In this document: piece after piece, positions 52,720-62,306 of the stretch
Position numbering within the stretch: the first letter of the stretch is position 1
Layout of the letters: each line of letters opens with the position of its first letter
NCBI GenBank assembly: GCA_963849325.1
Contig: CAWKHF010000002.1
Coordinates: forward strand, 896,001-960,000
Source of the DNA: an uncultured Planctomycetota bacterium
Lineage (GTDB): Bacteria; Planctomycetota; Planctomycetia; Gemmatales; Gemmataceae
Length of the DNA: 64,000 nucleotides
Direction: 5' to 3'
Notes under the pieces: generated by a model
The model's input: the letters and a program-made list of their open reading frames with translations, nothing else
What the model was told of the DNA's origin: nothing
The model's database searches: none
Position numbers and translations under genes: made by a program

Positions 52720-53003
52720 GGGCATCCTCCCTGAAAAAAGGACAATGTTGCTCGGGTTGTTGAAGAAAACTCCCTGCCGCAGCCGAATCGCGGCTGCGGC
52801 AGGGGAGGGGTGGGCGTTCCCCTCAATCCGCTAGCAAGCCACCGGCCTCACGCCTCGGAATGCACGGAGTCTCCAAGGAGTAGGAGGTTGGGCCGCGTCC
52901 AATAGCTTTCTCCGAGCCGGAAGCGTCGGCGATGGAGCGAGAACCGAAGGTTGCCGTTCCTTCGTTTACGATTCCGGCTCAGAAGGGTCTTGTCGAGGGG
53001 GTC

Positions 53004-53333
53004 TTAACAGCGCAGAGGGGTGTTGATGCGCCCGTGCGACGAGTCGAGTTGTGCGAAACGAGCTAACTGGAATTGGGCACTTATTTGGGACGAGGTCCGC
53101 GCGTCGGATGTCCCGGAACGCGATCGGCCGCCCTCGGCCGTCACCGAGGTGTGCGCTGCGCTCAGCTCGGTGAAATCCGCGTTGGGGTCGTCCAACGGCA
53201 GAAGGTCTTCCGACTCCTGGTCCAAGGGCGAAAGAACGACACGGGCGAAATTGAAATCGTCTCCGCTGGCCAGGACCATTAACCAGCAGGCCAGGATTGA
53301 GAGGACACTGGAACGAAGATGGCGTTGGGACAT
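53004..53333 (-). CDS. Hypothetical protein
   Basis: ATG with AAGGA upstream; hydrophobic N-terminus; no recognised family. Confidence 0.4.
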   Translation of the reverse strand: MSQRHLRSSVLSILACWLMVLASGDDFNFARVVLSPLDQESEDLLPLDDPNADFTELSAAHTSVTAEGGRSRSGTSDARTSSQISAQFQLARFAQLDSSHGRINTPLRC

Positions 53334-53519
53334 GAGGGCGTCATCCTTGCATCAAAGACTTATCCGTGTCGATGATAGAAGGGGTTCCCCCATCTGTCAA
53401 GCAGTGTTGACGAATCGACAGCGGATCCCGTAGGACCGTTTCTTGTCATTTCGCTTGACAGAAGGGCCGCCGAGCGTAAGCCTAGCTGAAGAGCCGTTTC
53501 TCCCTTGCAGGAGCCAGTG

Positions 53520-53957
53520 ATGCCCGCGGACAAGCTTGGACAACCGCCCCCTATTGTTCAGTCCATGATTCTGGCCGACTACGTTCACCGCGACTCGATG
53601 ACGGGGAAAAAAACCATCCTCGGCACCTACAACAGTATCGTGTCCAGCAAGTTCCCGCACCACAAACCGGGACTGTGCGTCTACCTGGCCATCACCGACA
53701 CGCACGGCCCGTTCCAGCTGCGCCTGCGCATCGTGGAGGTGGACGATCAGGAGGCGCCCATCCACGAATCGGCCTACCCGGTCAATCTGCCCGACCCGAA
53801 CCAGGTCTACGAGATGACGTTCACCACCTCGGTGGTTTTCCCCGCGCCGGGGCAATACCGGGTCCAGTTACTGGTAGGCGGCGAGCTGCTCCGCGAGCTG
53901 CGTTTGCGCGTCGGCTCGCCACAGCAGATGGCCTCCGCGCCGAGCGAGACCGAGTAA
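53520..53957 (+). CDS. DUF6941-like protein
   Basis: PIVQSMILADYVHRD..TGKKTILGTY..VYLAITD..FPAPGQYRVQL. Confidence 0.7.
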   Translation: MPADKLGQPPPIVQSMILADYVHRDSMTGKKTILGTYNSIVSSKFPHHKPGLCVYLAITDTHGPFQLRLRIVEVDDQEAPIHESAYPVNLPDPNQVYEMTFTTSVVFPAPGQYRVQLLVGGELLRELRLRVGSPQQMASAPSETE

Positions 53958-53988
53958 ACGCCGACGTCCACGAAGCTAGCGGCCCCCA

Positions 53989-54047
53989 CCGAGCCGCGAC
54001 CGTCAGGGAGCGGTTGTTTCCCTCGCTCCCTGACGGTCGCGGCTCGG
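53989..54047. repeat. REP-like palindrome (copies at 55806-55861 and a half copy at 55880-55902)
   Basis: CCGAGCCGCGACCGTCAGGGAGCG...CGCTCCCTGACGGTCGCGGCTCGG. Confidence 0.85.
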
Positions 54048-54070
54048 TGGAGGCCACTAGCAGCTCGCTC

Positions 54071-54157
54071 TTACTTGCGATGACGGATGCGCGCCCGCAT
54101 ACGGCGTTTCTTGCGACCCACCTTCCGCCTCCCCGTCCCGCGACGCCGGCTACCCAT
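54071..54157 (-). CDS. 28-aa Arg/Lys-rich small protein MGSRRRGTGRRKVGRKKRRMRARIRHRK
   Basis: AGGAGGGAG RBS directly upstream of ATG, TAA stop, intergenic position; below the ORF-track size cutoff. Confidence 0.7.
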   Translation of the reverse strand: MGSRRRGTGRRKVGRKKRRMRARIRHRK

Positions 54158-54433
54158 GTCTCCCTCCTGCGTGTCCTGCCCTTCGTTCCCCACGATCGCA
54201 TCCACCCGTTCGAGATGTCCATCCGGGGGAAAGGCTCATTGTAGGGTCCGGGCCGGTTCGGACAAGTCCTCTCCGCGTCGATCCGCGCGGCCGTCGCTTT
54301 TCGCCGGAAGCGCGGATTCGGCGCTTGACAGACGCCTTCGCGCCGATTGGACTAGCGCCGTGACGGTCCTCGACGCGGCCGGGGTCGAATGGTTCGGCCG
54401 GCGGCGGACGGGGCCTGCGCGAGGAGCCTTCTC

Positions 54434-55801
54434 ATGCATCGACGCGACCTGCTCAAATGGACCGGACTCGGCGCCGGCGCCGTCGGCTTGCCCTGGCTGA
54501 TGGCTCCGTCGCTGGGATCGTCTCGACAACCCGCACCCGCCGCGCCGTCTCCGCCCGCCGCCGACAAGAAAGGGGCGCCGCTGCGAATCACCGACATCAA
54601 GACCATCCTGACGGCGCCGGCGAAAATCCGCCTCGTCGTCGTCAAGGTCCAGACCAGTGAGCCGGGCCTGTACGGACTCGGCTGCGCCACCTTCACGCAG
54701 CGGCCGCGCGTCGTGGAGACGGCCGTGGACAAGTACCTCAAGCCGTTCCTCGTCGGCAAGGATGCCCTGCAAATCGAGGACATCTGGCAATCCTCGTTCG
54801 TGTCCTCGTACTGGCGCAACGGCCCGGTGCTGGGCAACGCCCTCAGCGGCGTGGACATGGCCCTGTGGGACATCCTCGGCAAGCGTGCCGGCATGCCGGT
54901 GTACCAACTGCTCGGCGGCAAATGTCGCAAGGCCGTGGACGTCTATCGCCACGCCAGCGGCGCCACCTTTGAGGAGGTCGAGACGAACGTCCGCCGTTAC
55001 CGCGAGCAGGGCTACCGACACATCCGCGCCCAGGTGGCCGTCCCCGGTTATGCGACCTACGGCACCACCATCAAGCCCGGTAAGGAGAACGGCCCCGTCA
55101 ATCGCCGGCCGCAAACGTGGGAACCCAGTTACTACGCACGCACCGTACCTAAGCTCTTCGAGCACCTCCGCAAACAGCTCGGCGACGAGGTCGAGCTGCT
55201 GCACGACATGCACGAGCGTCTTCCGCCGATCCTCGCCCTGCAGCTGGCCAAGGACCTCGAACCGTATCGCCTGTTCTTCCTCGAAGACCCGTTCAGTCCC
55301 GAGGACGTCGGTTACTTCGGACACTTGCGTAAGCAGACGACGACGCCGATCGCCATGGGCGAGCTGTTCAACAACCCCAACGAATGGCTGCCGCTGGTGA
55401 CGGGCCGACTGATCGACTTCATCCGCATCCACATCTCGCAGGTGGGCGGTCTGACGATGGCGCGCAAGATCGCGGCCCTGTGCGAGTTCTTCGCCGTTCG
55501 CACCGCCTGGCACGGGCCCGGCGACGTGTCGCCGGTCGGCCACGCCGCCAACGTCCATCTGGACCTGGCCTGTCCCAATTTCGGCATTCAGGAGGCCCGC
55601 GATTTCACGCCGGCCGAGCAGGACGTGTTCCCCGGCTGTCCGACGCTGAAAGACGGCTACTACTGGGCCAACGACAAGCCGGGCCTGGGCATCGACCTCG
55701 ACGAGAAGTTGGCGGCGAAGTTTCCCATCAACGACGATCCGCCGTTCGACATGAACTGGGGCAACCTCCGCCGACGCGATGGCACGGTGGTCAAGCCGTA
55801 A
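54434..55801 (+). CDS. D-mannonate dehydratase-like (RspA/ManD subgroup) enolase-superfamily protein with Tat signal
   Basis: MHRRDLLKW Tat motif; IEDIWQ..YWRNGPV, LLHDMHERL, FFLEDP, IAMGEL, WHGPGDVSP. Confidence 0.88.
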   Translation: MHRRDLLKWTGLGAGAVGLPWLMAPSLGSSRQPAPAAPSPPAADKKGAPLRITDIKTILTAPAKIRLVVVKVQTSEPGLYGLGCATFTQRPRVVETAVDKYLKPFLVGKDALQIEDIWQSSFVSSYWRNGPVLGNALSGVDMALWDILGKRAGMPVYQLLGGKCRKAVDVYRHASGATFEEVETNVRRYREQGYRHIRAQVAVPGYATYGTTIKPGKENGPVNRRPQTWEPSYYARTVPKLFEHLRKQLGDEVELLHDMHERLPPILALQLAKDLEPYRLFFLEDPFSPEDVGYFGHLRKQTTTPIAMGELFNNPNEWLPLVTGRLIDFIRIHISQVGGLTMARKIAALCEFFAVRTAWHGPGDVSPVGHAANVHLDLACPNFGIQEARDFTPAEQDVFPGCPTLKDGYYWANDKPGLGIDLDEKLAAKFPINDDPPFDMNWGNLRRRDGTVVKP

Positions 55802-55911
55802 CGATCCGAGCCGCGACCGTTAGGGAGCGAGGGAAACCGCTCGCTAACGCTCGCGGCTCGGTCTTATCTCCGTAACGATCCGAGCCGCGACCGTTAGGGA
55901 GCGAGGGAACC

Positions 55912-56505
55912 TTATCTCTCGACGGCGCTGAAGCTGGCCACGCACCATTTATCGCCTTCCTTGACGACGCGCACGCTGTAGGAACTGTCCTGGCGCGGCA
56001 CGCCCCGGTATTGCAGCTTGCCGCGACCGAGAAATTCGTCCTGGCCGGGCACCGCCTCGAAACTGGTCAGCGGGCCGCAGGTGTAGCCGTTCGCCTCGCC
56101 GCGAAAACGGCCGTTGGCGAACACCTCGATCGCCTTGGTCCCGCCCTTCTTGTCGCGGAAGTCCTTGGAGCCTTCCGCGTTGGCGGCGTCGGCGTTGCGG
56201 CTGTTGACGGACTCCAGAAAGACTTGAGCCGTCAGGCGGGCCGCTTTCCAATGGGCGGCCGCGGCGCCGTCGTCGGACTCCTTCTGCCGGGTGGCCGCGG
56301 AGCCTCGTCGGGCTTCGTCCAGCGCCTTGCGCACCTGGGCCAGTTCGGCCTGACATTCGGCCAGCCGTTGCGATGCTTCCGTCTCGGCTCGGCGCGCCTT
56401 GTCCGTCTCGACGGCGGGGTTGCCGCAACCCGACACAGCCCAAACGACGAGGCCGCCGAGGACAACGGCCGTGAGATGGCGAACTCGCCTGGCGATGAGG
56501 ATCAT
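55912..56505 (-). CDS. Hypothetical lipoprotein with coiled coil
   Basis: VVWAVSGC lipobox, coiled-coil segment, NTF2-like C-terminal V.KEGDKWCV. Confidence 0.6.
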   Translation of the reverse strand: MILIARRVRHLTAVVLGGLVVWAVSGCGNPAVETDKARRAETEASQRLAECQAELAQVRKALDEARRGSAATRQKESDDGAAAAHWKAARLTAQVFLESVNSRNADAANAEGSKDFRDKKGGTKAIEVFANGRFRGEANGYTCGPLTSFEAVPGQDEFLGRGKLQYRGVPRQDSSYSVRVVKEGDKWCVASFSAVER

Positions 56506-56631
56506 GCTCGGACCTCGCAACAACGGAGAAGAAATGCTCGGAAGCCCCGACAAGATGTTACCACGCCGTCTGGCAATGCGACAGGCCCACGGGCGAACTC
56601 CCGTGGGCCTGTCCGATGGCTCGCCGGATCG

Positions 56632-57825
56632 TTACTTCGATCCGCCCTGGTGTTGGTCCCACCAGTGACGCCAGGCGGCGGATGCGGACGCTCGACCACG
56701 CCGGCCCGCCTCCTCATCGGGGCCGAAGTCCTCGCCGGTCAACTCCGTCAACGCTCGCCGCGCCGCCTGGATGACCGCGACTTCCGGGTCGTCCAGCAGA
56801 TGCAGCAAGTCGGGAATGTGCTCGGCCGCCTTTTTGTGTCCGCAAGCCGAGGCGGCGGCGCGACGCACCTCGACGTTGTCGTCCTGCATCTTGTCGCGCA
56901 GCGTCGTCGCCTTCATGCGCGTCAGCCGCTGCGCCAACGCCTCGCGTGTCTCGCGCCGCTCGGAGTTGGTCAGTTTGGGGATGGCCAGGGCGAGGGCGTC
57001 GGTGTGGTCGTTGCCCTTGGTATCGCGCAGACGCTCCAGGACTTTCGTGCGTTCGTTGCCCTTGGCCTTCAGCAGTTCGTCGCACAGGCGTGTCACATCG
57101 GGCGTGGCGGTTTGCATCTCGCGGTTGCCGTGTCCGAGGACGGTCTGGACGGCTTGGAGGGGGTCGATCTTGGCCGGCCGCGTCGCCACATCGCCCTTGA
57201 CCAGCGTGTCCGGCGAAGCACCCTGTTGCAGGGCCAGCCAGTGTCGCCATTTCTCGACGGAACGCGCGATGCCTGTCTGCGAGGCGCCGGGGATAGGGCC
57301 GAAGTCGGTGCCGCGAGCGATGCGCACCAGGGCACGATGCGCTGCCTCGTGGACGACCGGATGAGGATCACCCAGCCGCTCGATAAGATCGTTCTCCAGA
57401 TGGAGGTGGCGACGGCCGATCATGGAGATCGCCAGTAAACGGACCAGAGGGATCTTATCGCTGACTTGCTTCTGCAAGATCTCCGGTTTCTCCGTGGGTA
57501 ATCGGCTGAGGAAGAGATTCAGCGACGACTGCTGGAACAATTTGGCCGTCAGCAACTTCTCTCCAACCTCCAGTAGTGCATCTTCCAGAGCTTCTCGCCG
57601 AGCTTCTTTCTGACTTTGGATTTCTCGCTCTAACATCCGTGACAGCACCAGCGAGCCGCACGTCTGGGCTATTTGGGTGCGTAGGGACTGGATCCTGCTG
57701 TCGAATCCTCTGTCACCCCCCGATCTTGCCGGAGGGAGATTGGCTCCAAGAGAAGTTACCGTGTAAGGTGCGAGTTCAGGAGCAGCCTGGACCAGGCTGG
57801 TGAGCCTTTGGCTCAATCCGGCCAT
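56632..57825 (-). CDS. HEAT repeat protein
   Basis: LIERLGDPHPVVHEAAHRAL, VEVRRAAASAC, LLHLLDDPEVAVIQAARRAL..LTGEDFG. Confidence 0.8.
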   Translation of the reverse strand: MAGLSQRLTSLVQAAPELAPYTVTSLGANLPPARSGGDRGFDSRIQSLRTQIAQTCGSLVLSRMLEREIQSQKEARREALEDALLEVGEKLLTAKLFQQSSLNLFLSRLPTEKPEILQKQVSDKIPLVRLLAISMIGRRHLHLENDLIERLGDPHPVVHEAAHRALVRIARGTDFGPIPGASQTGIARSVEKWRHWLALQQGASPDTLVKGDVATRPAKIDPLQAVQTVLGHGNREMQTATPDVTRLCDELLKAKGNERTKVLERLRDTKGNDHTDALALAIPKLTNSERRETREALAQRLTRMKATTLRDKMQDDNVEVRRAAASACGHKKAAEHIPDLLHLLDDPEVAVIQAARRALTELTGEDFGPDEEAGRRGRASASAAWRHWWDQHQGGSK

Positions 57826-57828
57826 CGG

Positions 57829-59270
57829 TCAGCAGAAGCCGATTTGATTGGCGACTACAAAGTTGATGCCCTCTACCAAGGCCGGCACGGATTCGGAGCC
57901 TAGCAGTTTCAGCACATTGTCCGCGGGGGATGCGGAGTGAGGATTCAGCATCTTGGCCGTGATGTAGAACATCACCAACTGTTGGGCGCGAGCCTGGATG
58001 ATCGGATCGGTAAGTGCCGGGTGTACCTGGAGAGCGGTTTGAGTAAGTTGTAAGGTGGCTTGAGCAGCTATCCTCGCTTCCATTTGCCGCTGCACGTCTT
58101 TCATGACGCGCTGGGCATGTACGATCGTTTCCGTCTTCTTGCGTTCGATCCGGGCGATGACCATCGCCACGACCAATCGCACTTGAGGATCTTCGTCCTC
58201 CAGGACGCGGGTGAGCATGGGTATGGCTGGTTCCGCTTTTGGTCCCAACTCGGCCAAGATCAACGCCGCCTTCGATCGCACTTGCGGATCTTTGTCCCGC
58301 ATGGCCTTCACCAGGCCGGCTAGATCCTGCGCGGGTTTGGCCGCCACCTGTGCCATCGCCACCGGCACCGCCCAGCGCCCCTTGCGATCGGCCTGCCGGA
58401 CCTTTTGCAGAAGATCCGGAACACCCGCCGATGTGAGCAACACCAGCGCCGTGACAGCCTCCGATTGAACGTCGAGTTTTTTATCGTTGAGAGCGGAGAG
58501 CAGTTCCGGCACGGCATCCGCCCCATCGAGTTCCATCTTGCCCAGCGCTTCCGCGGCCACGGCGCGGAGGCGGTGATCCTCGTCCTTCATGGCGTGCCGC
58601 AGAGTTGGCACCGCCTTCTTGGCCTGGCGCCCAAACAGGGCGATCGTCTTGATCGCATCTAGTCGCACGTCAACCTTGTCTTCGCCCAGGGCATCGCACA
58701 ATGGCTCGACCGCGGCGGGTCCAATCGACGCCAGAGCCAGCCGCACGTGTTCGCGCACGCGGGCACTGGGATCGTGGAACAGCCGTGCCAAATGAGGCGC
58801 CGCTTCCTTGCCCTCGACGCCCATCTCGCCCAACGCATCGATTACCGCCAGGCGCACGTCCGCATGACTATCCTTCAGCGCCGCGATCAGCGCCGGCACC
58901 GCCTCCTTGGCGTCCGGACCCGCTTGCTTGAGCGCATGAGCCGCCCGAGTGCGAACGTCGGCGTCGCGGTCCTGGAGCGCCTTGACCAGCTCGCCGACGG
59001 CCGGCGTGCCAATCTGTCCCAGCGCCTTGCCGGCGCTGCCGCGGACCTGGGCGAAGTTATCGCGCAGCGCTTGGCCAGCGCCGGTACGGCATCGCGTGCG
59101 GCCAGGCCGAGGTTGCCCAACTGCCGAGCGGCGTGTTGGCGGACATGGAAATCGTTGCTGGAAAGCTGCCGGATGAGATCGGGAATGGTCGTGGGGTGTT
59201 GCTCCCCACCGGCCGCGACGCATACATTCGCGACGGCCAGAACCACCCCCAGCGCGACGAGACGACGCAT
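57829..59270 (-). CDS. Exported HEAT repeat protein (frameshift near 59070)
   Basis: Signal peptide MRRLVALGVVLAVA; many AVP.L..AL.D....VR..A..AL repeats. Confidence 0.85.
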
Positions 59271-59388
59271 GGAGGGAACTCCTGGAGCGATCACCTCTCT
59301 TCCCCCTTCAGATTAGGCATGGCCCCCGCAACAACGCAAGCACAAAATGAAATTCTTTTCATCCTCTCGGCGTTTCCAGGCGCCAGCG

Positions 59389-60028
59389 TCATGGCGACAG
59401 CCGTTCGATGCGCCAGCCGGCGGGCTGGATGCACTGATAGCGCAGGCGGTCGTGCAGGCGGTCGGGCCGTCCCTGCCAGAACTCGATTGCCGCAGGCCGG
59501 ACGCGAAAGCCGCCCCAGAACGGCGGCCGCGGCACCTGGCCGTCCGGGAAGCGTCGCGCCAGCTTCGCGCACGCGGTCTTCGAGCACGTCGCGGCTGGGG
59601 ATGACCTCGCTCTGCCGCGAGGCCCAGGCGCCGAGCCGGCTGCCCAGCGGCCGGCTGACGAAGTAAGCGTCCGATTCAGACTCGCTGACACGCTCGACCG
59701 TGCCCTCGATGCGCACCTGCCGCTGCAACTCCGGCCAGAAGAACAGCAGCGCCGCCTGCGGGTTGGCCGTCAGCTCGCGTCCCTTGCGGCCGTCGTAGTT
59801 GGTGAAGAACGTGAAGCCGGCCTCGTCGAACGCCTTGAGCAGGACCACCCGCGCCGCCGGTCGGCCGTCCGGCGGCGCCGTCGCCAGTGTCATGGCGTTC
59901 GGCTCCGGCAGCTGGGCCGCCAGCGCCTGCTCGAACCACGTCCGAAACTGCCGGATTGGGTCGGCATCGACGTCGGCCTCCGACAAGCCGCTCCACAGGT
60001 ATTCTTTACGCATATCGCCGATCTGCAT
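59389..60028 (-). CDS. pdxH: Pyridoxamine 5'-phosphate oxidase (frameshift near 59570)
   Basis: [68 protein letters not shown]. Confidence 0.93.
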
Positions 60029-60104
60029 TGTACTTTCCTCCTCAACGACGGTCGGCCTCTCCCTCCTTTGTATCATGGTAGCAGGCGGGCGGCGGTTGCT
60101 CCGA

Positions 60105-60152
60105 TCCCCCTCACCCCCAACCCCTCTCCCCCGAAGCGGGGGAGAGGGGAGG
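60105..60152. repeat. CCCCTCACCCC-type REP-like hairpin
   Basis: CCCCCTCACCCCCAACCCCTCTCCCCCG-AAG-CGGGGGAGAGGGG. Confidence 0.7.
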
Positions 60153-60172
60153 AAGAAAACGAGGTTGCTTCG

Positions 60173-61087
60173 ATGCCGCGTATCGTCTCCCTCATCGCCA
60201 GCGCCACCGAGATCGTCTGTACACTCGGCTTCGAGGACCAGCTCGTCGGCCGTTCGCACGAGTGCGACTATCCCGCGTCGGTCCAGCGCCTGCCCGTCTG
60301 CACCCAACCGAAGTTCGACCCCGATGGGACCAGCTACGAGATTGACCAGCGCGTCAAGGCGATCGTGCAGGAGGGACTGTCGGTCTACCGCGTCGATGGC
60401 GAAAAACTGCGTGAACTGGAGCCGGACGTTATCGTCACGCAGTCACATTGCGAGGTGTGCGCCGTCAGTCTGCGCGACGTGGAGCGGGCCGTCTGCGCCT
60501 GGCTGCGCGCCTGTCCCAAACTCGTCTCGCTGGCGCCCAACGGCCTGGCCGACGTGTGGACGAGCATCGAGCAGGTCGCCGACGCCTTGCAGATCCGCGA
60601 GCGCGGCTCCGAAGTCATCCGGGATTTGCAGGCGCGGATGCGGACGATCGCGGAGCGGGCGCACGACGTGGCGGATCGGCCGCGCGTGGCCTGCATCGAG
60701 TGGATCGATCCGCTCATGGCGGCCGGCAACTGGATGCCGGAGATGGTCGAGATGGCCGGCGGCGCCAACGTCTTCGGCATCGCCGGCACGCATTCGCCGT
60801 GGATGACGTGGGAACAACTCTGCGCCGCCGATCCCAACGTCCTGATCCTGCTGCCGTGCGGTTTCGACATCGCGCGGACGCGCCGCGATCTGCCCATGCT
60901 GGCGAATCGACCGGAGTGGCCAAACCTGCGGGCCGTGCGCGGCAGGCGTGTCTTCCTCGCGGACGGCAATCAATATTTCAACCGGCCCGGCCCGCGTTTG
61001 GTCGAATCGCTGGAGATCCTCGCGGAATTACTGCACCCGAAGACGTTCGCGTTCGGTCACGAAGGAACGGCGTGGCAACGTCCGTAA
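60173..61087 (+). CDS. BtuF-like cobalamin/iron-siderophore-binding fold protein
   Basis: [56 protein letters not shown]. Confidence 0.85.
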   Translation: MPRIVSLIASATEIVCTLGFEDQLVGRSHECDYPASVQRLPVCTQPKFDPDGTSYEIDQRVKAIVQEGLSVYRVDGEKLRELEPDVIVTQSHCEVCAVSLRDVERAVCAWLRACPKLVSLAPNGLADVWTSIEQVADALQIRERGSEVIRDLQARMRTIAERAHDVADRPRVACIEWIDPLMAAGNWMPEMVEMAGGANVFGIAGTHSPWMTWEQLCAADPNVLILLPCGFDIARTRRDLPMLANRPEWPNLRAVRGRRVFLADGNQYFNRPGPRLVESLEILAELLHPKTFAFGHEGTAWQRP

Positions 61088-61095
61088 GCCCATCC

Positions 61096-61162
61096 GAGCC
61101 TGAAGCGTAAGCGAAGAAACGACAACCTTCGGTTGTCGTTTCTTCGCTTACGCTTCAGGCTC
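61096..61162. repeat. REP-like palindrome (degenerate relatives near 37625 and 52914-52980)
   Basis: GAGCCTGAAGCGTAAGCGAAGAAACGACAACC-TTC-GGTTGTCGTTTCTTCGCTTACGCTTCAGGCTC. Confidence 0.85.
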
Positions 61163-61288
61163 TGTAGACGCTCCGTCCACCCTACCCCCTCTTCATCCTC
61201 ACGTCCGTCCGCAATTGTCGCTTACACGATGACGGCCCTCCTCGAAGGGCCCTCGTCCTGTCCCGCACTCACTTCCAGGAGACCGCAG

Positions 61289-61498
61289 GTGAACATCTAT
61301 CAGATCGTGGACGTTCGCACAGGCGAAGTCATGGCCTCGCTTCGTGCCGCCAACCGGCGCGAGGCGGCCGAAAAGGCAATCCACGCGGGCCGAAGCCATT
61401 TCCGCGTCCGCTGTGTCGCCGCCTGGGTTCCGCAGACCAAGCACCAGGCGGAGGCCAATGAAAGTCTCGGCGCCGCGATGTCCGCAAACATCGCTTAA
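61289..61498 (+). CDS. Small hypothetical protein
   Basis: AGGAG RBS + GTG; NIYQIVDVRTGEVMASLRAANRREAAEKA. Confidence 0.45.
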   Translation: MNIYQIVDVRTGEVMASLRAANRREAAEKAIHAGRSHFRVRCVAAWVPQTKHQAEANESLGAAMSANIA

Positions 61499-61607
61499 TT
61501 ACGAACCAACCTGACCGGCCTCGGGGTGTTCCCGAAGGGCCGGCTTTCGTGAATGGGTATTTCGATCCGGTTTCTCTCTGTCGCTTCCCTGAAAGGAGCA
61601 CCCTACC

Positions 61608-62174
61608 ATGCGTAAGCTCGTTTCCGCTCTGCTGACAACCACCGTGGCCCTGACCAGCCTGGCCTATGCCGCTGCCCAGACCGGCCCGACCGGCCCCCCG
61701 AGTGGCGGCCCGAGCGCTCAGCCGGCTCCCGCCGCCGCCAATGGCTTGTCGGAGACCGAACTGCTGAGCTACCTTCGTACCCTCGACCCCAACGTCAAGA
61801 TGACCAAGAGCCAGGACGGCAAGGCGACGATGTACCAGCTGACACTGCGCCGCGGCGATTGGCAGTATCAGATCGTGCTGGTCTTGCGGGAAGGCACCCT
61901 CGACATCATCGCCCCGCTGGGCAATCCGATTGCGAACGTCCAGTCGATTCCGGCCCAGGCGCTGGCCGGACTGTTGCAGGCGAGCTGGAACTTCGCCCCG
62001 GCTCAGTTCTCGCTCATCAAGCAGAACGACGGCCGGATGCAGCTGGTCTTCTCCTTCATGCTGTCCCGCGCCGGCCTGACCACGGCGCGCCTGGGTCAGA
62101 TTCTCAATGGCTTCTGCGACGCGGTGCGCGAGACCTATCCGCTCTGGAACGCGGTCCTCAGCGCCAGCAAGTAA
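61608..62174 (+). CDS. Exported hypothetical protein (possible YbjN/T3S-chaperone-like fold)
   Basis: AAGGAG RBS, signal peptide ending AYA, Pro/Gly linker, alpha/beta domain. Confidence 0.65.
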   Translation: MRKLVSALLTTTVALTSLAYAAAQTGPTGPPSGGPSAQPAPAAANGLSETELLSYLRTLDPNVKMTKSQDGKATMYQLTLRRGDWQYQIVLVLREGTLDIIAPLGNPIANVQSIPAQALAGLLQASWNFAPAQFSLIKQNDGRMQLVFSFMLSRAGLTTARLGQILNGFCDAVRETYPLWNAVLSASK

Positions 62175-62197
62175 GCGCTTGTCCTCCGATTATCTCG

Positions 62198-62262
62198 TTT
62201 AGCCGCGACGCGCAGCGGAGCGCGGGAGTATTCCCGCGCTCCGCTGCGCGTCGCGGCTAAAC
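62198..62262. repeat. REP-like palindrome
   Basis: TTTAGCCGCGACGCGCAGCGGAGCGCGGGA / TCCCGCGCTCCGCTGCGCGTCGCGGCTAAA. Confidence 0.85.
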
Positions 62263-62306
62263 GAGGAGTTCATTTCTTTCCGCTGCCCAGCAGCAAGGAG
62301 TGTCCG

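Noticed and set aside
53455-54352. Sigma70 promoters at TTGACA (53455 and 54325)
   Set aside because: The -10 matches are poor; cannot be supported without TSS data
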